61,976 bases of DNA from a virus. Its lineage: Duplodnaviria; Caudoviricetes. The notes under the pieces were generated by a model. That model saw only the letters and a program-made list of their open reading frames with translations. It searched no databases and had not been told where the DNA came from. The stretch lies in IMG/VR virus record IMGVR_UViG_3300030102_001784, positions 1-61,976 of that record. One strand, written 5' to 3'. This document shows, piece by piece, positions 18,784-26,612 of the stretch; the first letter of the stretch is position 1, and each line of letters begins with the position of its first letter. The position numbers and the translations under genes are program-made.

Positions 18784-18882
18784 TATGAAGAGAGATTTAT
18801 ATAGATTTGCCAAGGCAAGAAGGTTTGGTGAAAGAATTATACTAATCGAAGACGAGTGGTATAAAAGATTAAACAAAGAAAT

Positions 18883-18917
18883 TTACAAACAAAATATAAT
18901 TACTACAAGATAATATA
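18883..18917 (+). promoter_or_regulatory. Class I phage promoter candidate
   Basis: TTACAAAC-N17-AGATAATATA. Confidence 0.8.
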
Positions 18918-19081
18918 TATAAATAATACTATGCAAACAATAAAATTCTTAGACGAAAAAACCGTCAAAATTACTACTAACAAAGGTAGTTCTATACTAG
19001 AAAAATATCCTTATACTAAAATCTATGACAAGATTGAAAAGAAATATGTGTCAATCAGTATACCTTTTTATACTATAAACG

Positions 19082-19342
19082 GTGATACATATGTATAAAG
19101 TTACTAACATGAAAGAACTGTGCGCTTATGCTAAAGCACAACGTAAAATCAAGGCAGACGAGCATAGGCGTCTAACCTTGCATGACGGTAGGTGTAGTGG
19201 ACTTACTGACAAAGAGTACAATCGAGTACGTGTCAATCAAAAGAAAAACTTTACTAAGTTTCGTAAGTTCACTCACAACCGCATGTGGAAATATCAATCA
19301 AGATACTCAGTAGAACAATTAAAACAAATAAAATCACTATGA
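19082..19342 (+). CDS. Early basic hypothetical protein
   Basis: ORF track; the true start is probably an internal ATG. Confidence 0.7.
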   Translation: MIHMYKVTNMKELCAYAKAQRKIKADEHRRLTLHDGRCSGLTDKEYNRVRVNQKKNFTKFRKFTHNRMWKYQSRYSVEQLKQIKSL

Positions 19343-19701
19343 CAAATTTTGAAATGGAGCGATTTATGCTCGAAGAACAGTTCGTAAAGCGTATGCTTAT
19401 CGACTATAACATTAAAGAAATAACTACACAGCGTCAAGCTAAAAATGGTACTAGACAATTTAAAATGCCTACAGGTCAAGAAATAGCTACATACAAATCA
19501 GGTATGGTACGTAGATGTGACAGTAGCGACCGTGTGTGGCAACTAAATCCTAAGTACAAAACTAAAACTAGATGGGTGCTTCTAACAGAAAACGGTTTAG
19601 AAACTAGAGAATATGATATGTGGGCAAGAGCCAAAGTATATCCTCAACTCGCTAGATTAAACTTTATACTAAAATATTACCTTAAAAACTATGCAAAATA
19701 A
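19339..19701 (+). CDS. Early hypothetical protein
   Basis: Likely start MTNFEMERF at 19339, overlapping the upstream stop (ATGA). Confidence 0.75.
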   Translation: MTNFEMERFMLEEQFVKRMLIDYNIKEITTQRQAKNGTRQFKMPTGQEIATYKSGMVRRCDSSDRVWQLNPKYKTKTRWVLLTENGLETREYDMWARAKVYPQLARLNFILKYYLKNYAK

Positions 19702-19702
19702 T

Positions 19703-19837
19703 ATGAGAACAATTAAACTAACAGAAAACGATTGTACTTTTGTACACTATGTGCTGCGTATGTACGCTGACCAAACACCTGGGCTAGATTCAGAAGACAA
19801 AGAAGAAATACGTGAAGTCGCATGGAAATTTAAATAA
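19703..19837 (+). CDS. Early 44-aa protein (not in the ORF track)
   Basis: MRTIKLTENDCTFVHYVLRMYADQTPG...; fills the gap exactly. Confidence 0.65.
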   Translation: MRTIKLTENDCTFVHYVLRMYADQTPGLDSEDKEEIREVAWKFK

Positions 19838-19838
19838 T

Positions 19839-20018
19839 ATGAGTAAAATGGCAGAACTAGATTTGATTGCACAAGGTGTAGCAGATCACATTAAAGAAAT
19901 TATAGAAGACAGTGTCGATTGGCAGTTAGCTGATGTACCTCTTGATGGTGACGACTATAAAGACTGTAAAGAATATGTAATAAATGTTGCGCTTAACAAA
20001 TTATTACAAACAAAATAA
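19839..20018 (+). CDS. Early acidic hypothetical protein
   Basis: Likely start MSKMAELD within track ORF 19812..20018. Confidence 0.7.
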   Translation: MSKMAELDLIAQGVADHIKEIIEDSVDWQLADVPLDGDDYKDCKEYVINVALNKLLQTK

Positions 20019-20038
20019 TATCGCTAACAGATAATATA
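20004..20038 (+). promoter_or_regulatory. Class I phage promoter candidate
   Basis: TTACAAAC-N17-AGATAATATA. Confidence 0.8.
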
Positions 20039-20052
20039 ATAAACAAAAAAAT

Positions 20053-20241
20053 ATGATTTGTAAATGCGGCAAAAAAGTACACCCAGTTCGTATCGAGCTT
20101 GGTTACAACACTTGTGTCAGTTGTTCTTCAACTAAAAAAGTAAGCTATATTCCTATTATAGCAAACAAACAAGTGCTTGAAGTACAGATAGTATCACAAG
20201 AACTATCAGCCGCAGTACACAAATCTTGGCGACGTAAATAA
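20053..20241 (+). CDS. Small C4 zinc-finger protein (DksA/TraR-like C4 spacing)
   Basis: CKCGKKVHPVRIELGYNTCVSCS. Confidence 0.65.
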   Translation: MICKCGKKVHPVRIELGYNTCVSCSSTKKVSYIPIIANKQVLEVQIVSQELSAAVHKSWRRK

Positions 20242-20243
20242 CT

Positions 20244-20361
20244 GGGCGTGAAATGGTTAGTCAATACAACTGGTGAGGTTTGGGATAGACGTCTTACGAA
20301 ATCTCCAATAGAATAAAACACGAAGTTGATTGAAACGCGGGTTCGATTCCTGCCACGTCCA
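20244..20361 (+). ncRNA. Mini tmRNA-like RNA (tRNA-like domain only)
   Basis: Acceptor GGGCGTG/CACGTCC-A with G3-U70; stemless D-loop AAATGGTTAG; long helix TCAAT-A-CAACT/AGTTG-ATTGA; T-arm GCGGG-TTCGATT-CCTGC. Confidence 0.7.
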
Positions 20362-20366
20362 CTAAC

Positions 20367-20509
20367 AGGGTAAAACACGAAGGACGGTAAGCATAACACC
20401 AAAAGCATCATGTGGTGCCGACTATCGACGGATATAAGCGAGCGTACGGAAGTGTATTATGTGAGGTGGCAAACCTCAGAAAGCGTGGGTATGTGCACAA
20501 TACCACCCT
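20367..20509 (+). ncRNA. Candidate structured ncRNA
   Basis: GC-rich, no long ORF; closing AGGGT/ACCCT, CACG/CGTG, hairpins TGAGGT/ACCTCA and GGTAT/ATACC. Confidence 0.45.
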
Positions 20510-20515
20510 TAAAAT

Positions 20516-20589
20516 TGCGCTGTGGAGCAGTTGGTCAGCTCGCTAGGCTCATAACCTAGAGGTCGCAGGTTCGAATCCTGCTGGCGCAC
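20516..20589 (+). tRNA. tRNA-Met (CAT), initiator-like D arm
   Basis: TGCGCTG/TGGCGCA acceptor; GAGC/GCTC D stem; CTAGG-CTCATAA-CCTAG anticodon arm; GCAGG-TTCGAAT-CCTGC T arm; CCA not encoded. Confidence 0.93.
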
Positions 20590-20603
20590 CTAAAATTAAA
20601 TAT

Positions 20604-20810
20604 ATGAACAGAAGAAAAGCGATTGCACTAGCGTGCGTACTATTTGTCGGTGGTTATATTATTGGCGACAAAAATGGTCAAAAAAACAAAGTAAATCAAA
20701 TCAAGCAAACTATGTCTGATCTAGAAATGGATTGGTATCATTGGCAAGATGTAGAATCTATTATTGAAAACGAAAGTATTAATGGTGACGTTATTGTGCT
20801 TGGTGAATAA
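20604..20810 (+). CDS. Small protein with N-terminal membrane anchor/signal
   Basis: MNRRKAIALACVLFVGGYIIG. Confidence 0.7.
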   Translation: MNRRKAIALACVLFVGGYIIGDKNGQKNKVNQIKQTMSDLEMDWYHWQDVESIIENESINGDVIVLGE

Positions 20811-20845
20811 TTACAAACACAATAAATACACTAAAAGATAATATA
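20811..20845 (+). promoter_or_regulatory. Class I phage promoter candidate
   Basis: TTACAAAC-N17-AGATAATATA. Confidence 0.8.
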
Positions 20846-20856
20846 ATAAAATAATT

Positions 20857-21096
20857 ATGATAACAGTTTGGAATACATTAAAGCCGTTCTATCAGAACAA
20901 AATTAAAGAAAATACTCGTGAGTACAGTTCTGCTAAAAGACTTAAATACAAGTTAATGTCTGCTAGTGGTTGGTATGATTTATCTATGCGTGATATACAA
21001 GGTATACTTACATACACTGATAAATACACTCACGAAATTACAGCATCAGATATTATGTACGGTACAGAATTTTTAAAACAAGACGAAAATGAGTGA
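20857..21096 (+). CDS. Early hypothetical protein
   Basis: 79 aa, after a class I promoter. Confidence 0.75.
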   Translation: MITVWNTLKPFYQNKIKENTREYSSAKRLKYKLMSASGWYDLSMRDIQGILTYTDKYTHEITASDIMYGTEFLKQDENE

Positions 21097-21352
21097 TTCA
21101 GTAAAAAAATACTTCGATATGATCGAAGAAAAAGAAATAATAACAGCAGACGAGTCAGTTAAATATATATTCTTACTAGATTTTACAGATGGTAAAGTAT
21201 ATAGATATGACATTAGCGTGTTATGTACAGAAGAAAACAAATGGAATCCTGACACAGAATCTTGTGAGTCGTTTTTATACGGAGCAGGTCACAAGGTAAA
21301 TGACTGTGAATGGATGGTAACTAACAATGATAAAATAGAATATGGAAACTAA
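21089..21352 (+). CDS. Hypothetical protein
   Basis: 87 aa, overlapping its neighbours. Confidence 0.75.
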   Translation: MSDSVKKYFDMIEEKEIITADESVKYIFLLDFTDGKVYRYDISVLCTEENKWNPDTESCESFLYGAGHKVNDCEWMVTNNDKIEYGN

Positions 21353-21788
21353 AAAATTAATAACAGAAGACTTAATTGATGAAAGATTAGAAGCTCGTGG
21401 TGTGAAGTTTGATATTGAACACGATGAAGCACTTGCAAAAATACAAGAACATTTTGAGTTTAAACTCGTAGATGACTGGAACGGTAGGCCAGATTATAGT
21501 ATATACACAGAAACTACAGCAGATGGCTATGAAGTATGGGTTGCTACAAGTGGTGACGGTAGAAATGTGTGTATAATGGAAGATGTACACTACTATGAAA
21601 ACGATTTAGCAGACAAACTAGTTGACGCTATGACAGATTACAACGAAGAAATATACGTAGACGATCTAGATTCTTATTATGTACAAGATGCAGTTTCAGA
21701 TGTATATGATGAGTATGTAAACGATATGAAACAAGAAGTTGAAAACGAGTTGATAGAAGAAGGTTATGAATATGAAAAATCAGAATAA
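21342..21788 (+). CDS. Very acidic hypothetical protein
   Basis: 148 aa, strongly D/E-rich. Confidence 0.8.
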   Translation: METKKLITEDLIDERLEARGVKFDIEHDEALAKIQEHFEFKLVDDWNGRPDYSIYTETTADGYEVWVATSGDGRNVCIMEDVHYYENDLADKLVDAMTDYNEEIYVDDLDSYYVQDAVSDVYDEYVNDMKQEVENELIEEGYEYEKSE

Positions 21789-22240
21789 TGAGCACTAGAA
21801 ATTTATTAATGGTCGTAGATCGCGAGCACAGTAGCAGATACCCAGAAGGTTTTGCTATACACCCTGATCTTATGCAAGACAAAAGCTATGTAAACATGTA
21901 CATGCACCATGATGGTTATCCTGAGTGGCAAGGCGTGCAAATCGCTAACTGGTTATTAGCTGGTTACAATGGTTGTCAAGATGGCGCAAGGTTATCTAGC
22001 AAACTAGTTCGTGATTTTTACTATGACAGTTGCTATTTATACCCTAAAGCAGATCAAATAGATCACGAGTATAGATATATAATATGGAGTGGTGATAAGG
22101 ATAAAATACACGTAAGTTGTTGGAATATGTATAGTAGCGAATGTGTTTTTGTGTTAACGCCAGAAAAGATTATATCTAAGTATATAAAAGACATGGATTA
22201 TACTGATTTTGCTAACGGTGAAACAAACAATACCAGATGA
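21788..22240 (+). CDS. Phage hypothetical protein with YxHxDGYP motif
   Basis: MSTR...YMHHDGYPE...HEYRYII pattern. Confidence 0.75.
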   Translation: MSTRNLLMVVDREHSSRYPEGFAIHPDLMQDKSYVNMYMHHDGYPEWQGVQIANWLLAGYNGCQDGARLSSKLVRDFYYDSCYLYPKADQIDHEYRYIIWSGDKDKIHVSCWNMYSSECVFVLTPEKIISKYIKDMDYTDFANGETNNTR

Positions 22241-22479
22241 CTGAAAAAGAAATAGAAAAAATAGCTAAACGTGTAGCTGAACTAGTTATAACAGAATTAC
22301 TGTATCATGCTGATACTTTTACTGTACCAGTTCAAACTAGTGAAGAAAATTTACTTGCAGAATTAGCTTCAGCAATGACTCAATTGGACTTTGAGTTGCA
22401 ACGTGAAAACTATGAAAAATGCAAAGAATTACAAGATAAAATAAAAAAAATAGAACAAAAACTTAAAAACTTTAAATAA
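22237..22479 (+). CDS. Small protein with UVR-like coiled-coil C-terminus
   Basis: LQRENYEKCKELQDKIKKI resembles the UvrB/C motif. Confidence 0.6.
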   Translation: MTEKEIEKIAKRVAELVITELLYHADTFTVPVQTSEENLLAELASAMTQLDFELQRENYEKCKELQDKIKKIEQKLKNFK

Positions 22480-22480
22480 T

Positions 22481-23314
22481 ATGCAAAAACCAATGCTAGC
22501 ACACAAGTTCGACAACAACCGAGTTGACTGGTCGTTACCTGTGTACATACAACCTAAACTTGACGGCGTCCGCTGCTTGTTTACTAAAGACGGTGCGTAC
22601 TCTCGTACTGGCAAACAATTTAAAAACCTAGCTCATATTGAGTTAGCACTTATATCATTTTTCAAGCAATACCCTGATGTAATACTTGATGGCGAGTTAT
22701 ACAATCACAAGCTTAAAAATGACTTCGAAAAAATTATATCATTAGTTCGTAAGCAAAAGCCTACCGCGGATGATAGATTAAATGCTCAACATCTTGTGCA
22801 GTTTCACGTATACGATTACTTTGATGGCGTTATATATGACAGCTACAAAACTCGTATGCAACAACTTGTGACAGCAGATATATATGATGCTCAGATCAAG
22901 TATGTACCTGCTAAGTTAGTTGATAGCTACAATTATGCTAGAGATCTTCACGCGACATATCTTAGTGAGGGCTACGAAGGCTCTATCATTCGTCTAGACG
23001 GTCTATACAAACACGGTAGGTCTTACGATCTAATGAAGTTCAAAGACTTCAGCGATACTGAAGCAACTATCATTGGTTATGAAGCAGGTAAAGGTAAGCG
23101 ACAAGGCACGCTCGGTAAGTTCATTATGCTAGATGACGAAGGTATACAGTTTGGTTGTCCACCAGGCAAAGGTTATTCCTACAAGGATTTAGCGGCTATG
23201 CTCGATAACGTTCATGACTACATTGGTCAGCGTGCTACCTTTACTTATTTCCAAAAAACTAATGCAGGTTCTTACAGACACCCGCTGTTTAAATGTATAA
23301 GAAATTACGAATAA
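22481..23314 (+). CDS. ATP-dependent DNA ligase
   Basis: QPKLDGVR (KxDG), LDGELY, FHVYD, GYEGSIIR, LMKFK. Confidence 0.93.
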   Translation: MQKPMLAHKFDNNRVDWSLPVYIQPKLDGVRCLFTKDGAYSRTGKQFKNLAHIELALISFFKQYPDVILDGELYNHKLKNDFEKIISLVRKQKPTADDRLNAQHLVQFHVYDYFDGVIYDSYKTRMQQLVTADIYDAQIKYVPAKLVDSYNYARDLHATYLSEGYEGSIIRLDGLYKHGRSYDLMKFKDFSDTEATIIGYEAGKGKRQGTLGKFIMLDDEGIQFGCPPGKGYSYKDLAAMLDNVHDYIGQRATFTYFQKTNAGSYRHPLFKCIRNYE

Positions 23315-23315
23315 T

Positions 23316-23588
23316 ATGGAAGATTTTTTATTAGGTTTTGGTTCAATAATTATCCTTATACAAATAACAGGATTAGTAGCTTTAATTTGTAAAAAATTTC
23401 CTGATGTTATAATGGGTATTGGCGGTGCTATGTTTGCGCTAGATCTTATAGCTTTATTAATATGGGGTTTTACTTTAAAGCCTTTTACAACTAATGTAAA
23501 ATTATTTGTAGGTGGTATGGGTTTAGCTATATTCACAGCACTAATACACAAAGTTAAAAAGTTTATTAAAATACAAGAAGAATTATGA
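23316..23588 (+). CDS. Small three-TM membrane protein
   Basis: Three hydrophobic segments in 90 aa. Confidence 0.7.
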   Translation: MEDFLLGFGSIIILIQITGLVALICKKFPDVIMGIGGAMFALDLIALLIWGFTLKPFTTNVKLFVGGMGLAIFTALIHKVKKFIKIQEEL

Positions 23589-23691
23589 GTAAAGTAATAT
23601 GGAAATTATATAATGATAATATGATCAGCGAAGAGGTTGCTCATATATTATTAGACGCACATTATAATAGATTAAACAATAAAAGATATAA

Positions 23692-24222
23692 ATGAATATA
23701 TTTTATTTACATCCTGACCCAGTTAAAGCTGCTAAGATACAATATAACAAGCACGTTGTTAAAATGGTCTTAGAATCAGCCCAAATGCTTTGTACAGCGC
23801 ATCATCATTATGCTGAGTTGTTAGGTTATAAACCTGATTATATACCTTACAAAAAGGCACACTATAATCACCCGTCAACTATATGGTGTAGACAAAATGT
23901 CAAGCAATATTATTGGCTATATAATCACATGATAGCGCTTGGTGAAGAGTATACAAAACGCTACGGTAAAGAGCATCTTACTATTACTAAATGTAAAGAA
24001 CCACTAGATCTTTGTCCTTTCGGCATGCCTAATGGTGATTTTTGCGAACCACCACAGGCTATGCCTGATCAATACAAGGTTGAAGGTTGTAGTATTACAG
24101 CTTATTGGAATTATTATGAAGGTGAAAAATACTTAGTAGCTAATAAAGACGAACAATTAATAACTAGACCAAATGAATTATTTAATAACATTACTAGTAA
24201 CAGCAACAATATACCATGCTGA
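23692..24222 (+). CDS. Pyrimidine-dimer DNA glycosylase (DenV-superfamily)-like protein
   Basis: MNIFYL...KHVVKMVLESAQML...HYNHPSTIW...EYTKRYGKEH...PPQAMPD. Confidence 0.8.
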   Translation: MNIFYLHPDPVKAAKIQYNKHVVKMVLESAQMLCTAHHHYAELLGYKPDYIPYKKAHYNHPSTIWCRQNVKQYYWLYNHMIALGEEYTKRYGKEHLTITKCKEPLDLCPFGMPNGDFCEPPQAMPDQYKVEGCSITAYWNYYEGEKYLVANKDEQLITRPNELFNNITSNSNNIPC

Positions 24223-24508
24223 TCCTGCTCAATGCAATGCAGACTATTTAACTACAGCTTCACTTAAAACTATTAATGAAGCTGATCCTCAAGGTCACCG
24301 GTGGATAGCCGTATCTAGAGATTTAGAGCAACACGGATTTGTGTTTGGCACTAAAGTTTGTGTTCAAGGAGCAGGACAGTTAGATGGAATATGGACTGTT
24401 GAAGATCGTATGAATAAACGATGGAAAAACCGTATTGACTTTCTTGTGAATAAAGATGTAAAAGGCGGTAAATGGAATAATGTAAAAATAACAATTATAA
24501 ATGAGTAG
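24173..24508 (+). CDS. 3D-domain (MltA-like) cell-wall hydrolase-like protein
   Basis: TATIYH...WIAVSRDL...FGTKV...VEDRMNKR...RIDFL. Confidence 0.75.
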   Translation: MNYLITLLVTATIYHADPAQCNADYLTTASLKTINEADPQGHRWIAVSRDLEQHGFVFGTKVCVQGAGQLDGIWTVEDRMNKRWKNRIDFLVNKDVKGGKWNNVKITIINE

Positions 24509-24588
24509 ATATAAAATATACCAGCATTTAATGCAAACGGACGTATTTGGTATACGTACCAAAATTAAGAATTTTGTTAAACCAAGGG

Positions 24589-24631
24589 TGACAAAAGCCC
24601 GTAAAGATAATAAAGTAAGAGGCTAATGTCA
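24589..24631. promoter_or_regulatory. TGACA-N33-TGTCA inverted-repeat site (copy 2), overlapping the ATG of the HTH gene
   Basis: GTGACAAAAGCC...AGGCTAATGTCAT; ATG at 24626. Confidence 0.7.
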
Positions 24632-25255
24632 TATGAAAGAAACATGAAATGGTTAAACGATCGTAGAATAAATTACAGGTGTAATCCTGTTAATGATAAA
24701 CCTACTATCGAAACCGCATTGTATAGTTACTATGAAAATGGTACATACGAATGTTATCACTTGTTTCGTAGTAAAGCAAAGATTACAACATATAAATCTT
24801 TGAAGTGGCATTTTTATGTTTTATATTATCTTAACCAAGACATGTATGAAGACAATAATGCTTTACCGTTTTTTCTATTATTTAAATTTATAGCCAACAA
24901 AGAAAATGGTTTTGTAACATTTTTTATAAGCGATAAAAAACTAGAAGAAATGATTAAAGATGTTCTTGATAATGGTGGTGAACCACCTGTAAACATGAAG
25001 CGTAAAATAATATTTAAAGACTATAGCGGTTTAACACCTAGCGAAAAAATGAGTATTGTTGGTAAACTTATTGGTAGATCTAGCTGTGTAGATGGTGAAG
25101 CAATTTATCAATGCATGCTAGATTTAAACGATATGGGTAAAACAATAACATGGGGTAGAATAGCAGGTTTATTAAACTGTTCTACTAGAACTATACAGCG
25201 TAATCTAAATGATTGCCTGAGAAAAGAAAAAGCAATATTAAATGAAGAAATATAA
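24626..25255 (+). CDS. C-terminal HTH DNA-binding protein, possible replication initiator/regulator
   Basis: ITWGRIAGLLNCSTRTIQRNL helix-turn-helix. Confidence 0.7.
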   Translation: MSYERNMKWLNDRRINYRCNPVNDKPTIETALYSYYENGTYECYHLFRSKAKITTYKSLKWHFYVLYYLNQDMYEDNNALPFFLLFKFIANKENGFVTFFISDKKLEEMIKDVLDNGGEPPVNMKRKIIFKDYSGLTPSEKMSIVGKLIGRSSCVDGEAIYQCMLDLNDMGKTITWGRIAGLLNCSTRTIQRNLNDCLRKEKAILNEEI

Positions 25256-26009
25256 CGTACAAAACTATATAAGGTACAAAGAGGATTTAAAACAATCTTT
25301 AGAAAGATTACCTGAACATGGAGTTGATTATAAAAAATATACTAGAGAAGAGCTTATAATAAAGTTTACACCTTTAGTTGAAAACTTAGGTCGTAAATTT
25401 TCTACAGCTCAACAAGCTTCAGGTGTTATGACTATAATGGATATAATACAATGTGGCGGTGAAGCTTTAACAAAAGCAATTGACAGAATAGAGTGGACAA
25501 AACTTTATGAATCAGACGACAAAGAAAAAACTTTAAAATCTTTTTTATCTAAAAGAATTAAAGGTGCTATACGTAGACGTATTGACATGGCTAGAGGTGA
25601 TATGCGTATACCAGAACACAAGTTAAATGAAATACGTAGAAATCCAAAAGATAAAAAAATGGTTGAAATATTTTTTAATAGCATATTTTTATCTATTGAT
25701 GCACAGGTTACTAACGATGATGAAGAAAATATGATGTATCAAATAGCGGATAAATCAGAGCCATATAACATACAGCTAATAAATGTATATTTAAAAGGTT
25801 TAATGCAAAAGCATTTAACTTATAATGAATACGAGGTATTAAGACTTAGCTATGGTCTTGACTGTGAAAAGCACTCTGCAAAGCAAATTGCTGAAAAGCT
25901 AAACATAAAAGGAGTTGGCAGTTATGTTAGAGTATCAGAGCTTAAAAAAGAAGCTGTACAAAAACTAATAGACAATGTTGATCACTCGCAAGTGCTTGAT
26001 ATAGTGTAA
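25242..26009 (+). CDS. Sigma-70 family RNA polymerase sigma factor
   Basis: Region 2 (REELIIKFTPLV...DIIQCG...LTKAIDR...IKGAIRR), MRIP, LSID, and region 4 (LTYNEYEVLRLSYGL...SAKQIAEKL...RVSELKKEAVQKL). Confidence 0.9.
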   Translation: MKKYNVQNYIRYKEDLKQSLERLPEHGVDYKKYTREELIIKFTPLVENLGRKFSTAQQASGVMTIMDIIQCGGEALTKAIDRIEWTKLYESDDKEKTLKSFLSKRIKGAIRRRIDMARGDMRIPEHKLNEIRRNPKDKKMVEIFFNSIFLSIDAQVTNDDEENMMYQIADKSEPYNIQLINVYLKGLMQKHLTYNEYEVLRLSYGLDCEKHSAKQIAEKLNIKGVGSYVRVSELKKEAVQKLIDNVDHSQVLDIV

Positions 26010-26018
26010 GTTAGACAT

Positions 26019-26046
26019 GTAAAACATTAAATGAACGTGTAATTAT
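26019..26046 (+). promoter_or_regulatory. Class II phage promoter candidate for the replication genes
   Basis: GTAAA-N15-GTAATTAT immediately after the sigma gene. Confidence 0.7.
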
Positions 26047-26071
26047 ATTAATACACCAAACAACAAACCAT

Positions 26072-26611
26072 ATGACACTAAATGATAAACTGGCTAAAAT
26101 CCAGACACAATTTAAATCTAAAAAATCTAGATTTAATTCATTCGGCAAATACTACTTCAGATCAGCCGAAGACATTCTCGAAGCAACAAAACCTTATCTC
26201 ACAGAGTTAGGAGTATCAGTAACTATCAATGAAGAATTAGTTGATACTGCCGTTATAAAAAGCACCGCATCAATAACTGACGGTCAAGACACAATAATTG
26301 CTACAGCAATAGTTGGTGTTGATCTAGATCAGAAAGGTATGCAAATGCCTCAACGATATGGTGCTGCATCGAGTTATGGTAAGAAGTATGCATTAGGTAA
26401 TTTATTCTTAATTGATGATACACAAGATAGCGATGCTACTAATGATCACGGTAAGAAAAAATTTGAACCTAAAAAACCAACTTTAACCTCTAAATCAGAT
26501 CCAGCTTACGAAAAAGCGGTTCAGTACGTAACAGCAGGTGGTAAAGTATCAGCTATAAAAGCTAAATATGCTCTATCTAAAGAAATAGAAGGAGCATTAA
26601 CAACACTATAA
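26072..26611 (+). CDS. ERF-family single-strand annealing protein
   Basis: KSRFNSFGKYYFRSAEDILEA...Q.YGAASSYGKKYALGNLFLIDDTQDSD. Confidence 0.9.
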   Translation: MTLNDKLAKIQTQFKSKKSRFNSFGKYYFRSAEDILEATKPYLTELGVSVTINEELVDTAVIKSTASITDGQDTIIATAIVGVDLDQKGMQMPQRYGAASSYGKKYALGNLFLIDDTQDSDATNDHGKKKFEPKKPTLTSKSDPAYEKAVQYVTAGGKVSAIKAKYALSKEIEGALTTL

Positions 26612-26612
26612 T

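Noticed and set aside
18802-18809. TAGATTTG matching the Bacteroidota -7 promoter box (also at 19858)
   Set aside because: Both lie inside ORFs without a properly spaced upstream TTTG; not treated as host promoters.
20145-20411. 88-aa - strand ORF over the RNA cluster
   Set aside because: Antisense to the early transcription unit and to clearly structured RNA elements.
17693-20845. Class I motif as a CRISPR-like repeat or recombination-cassette site
   Set aside because: It has two conserved boxes with a variable 17-nt spacer placed just upstream of start codons, which is promoter geometry; there is no palindrome or integrase.
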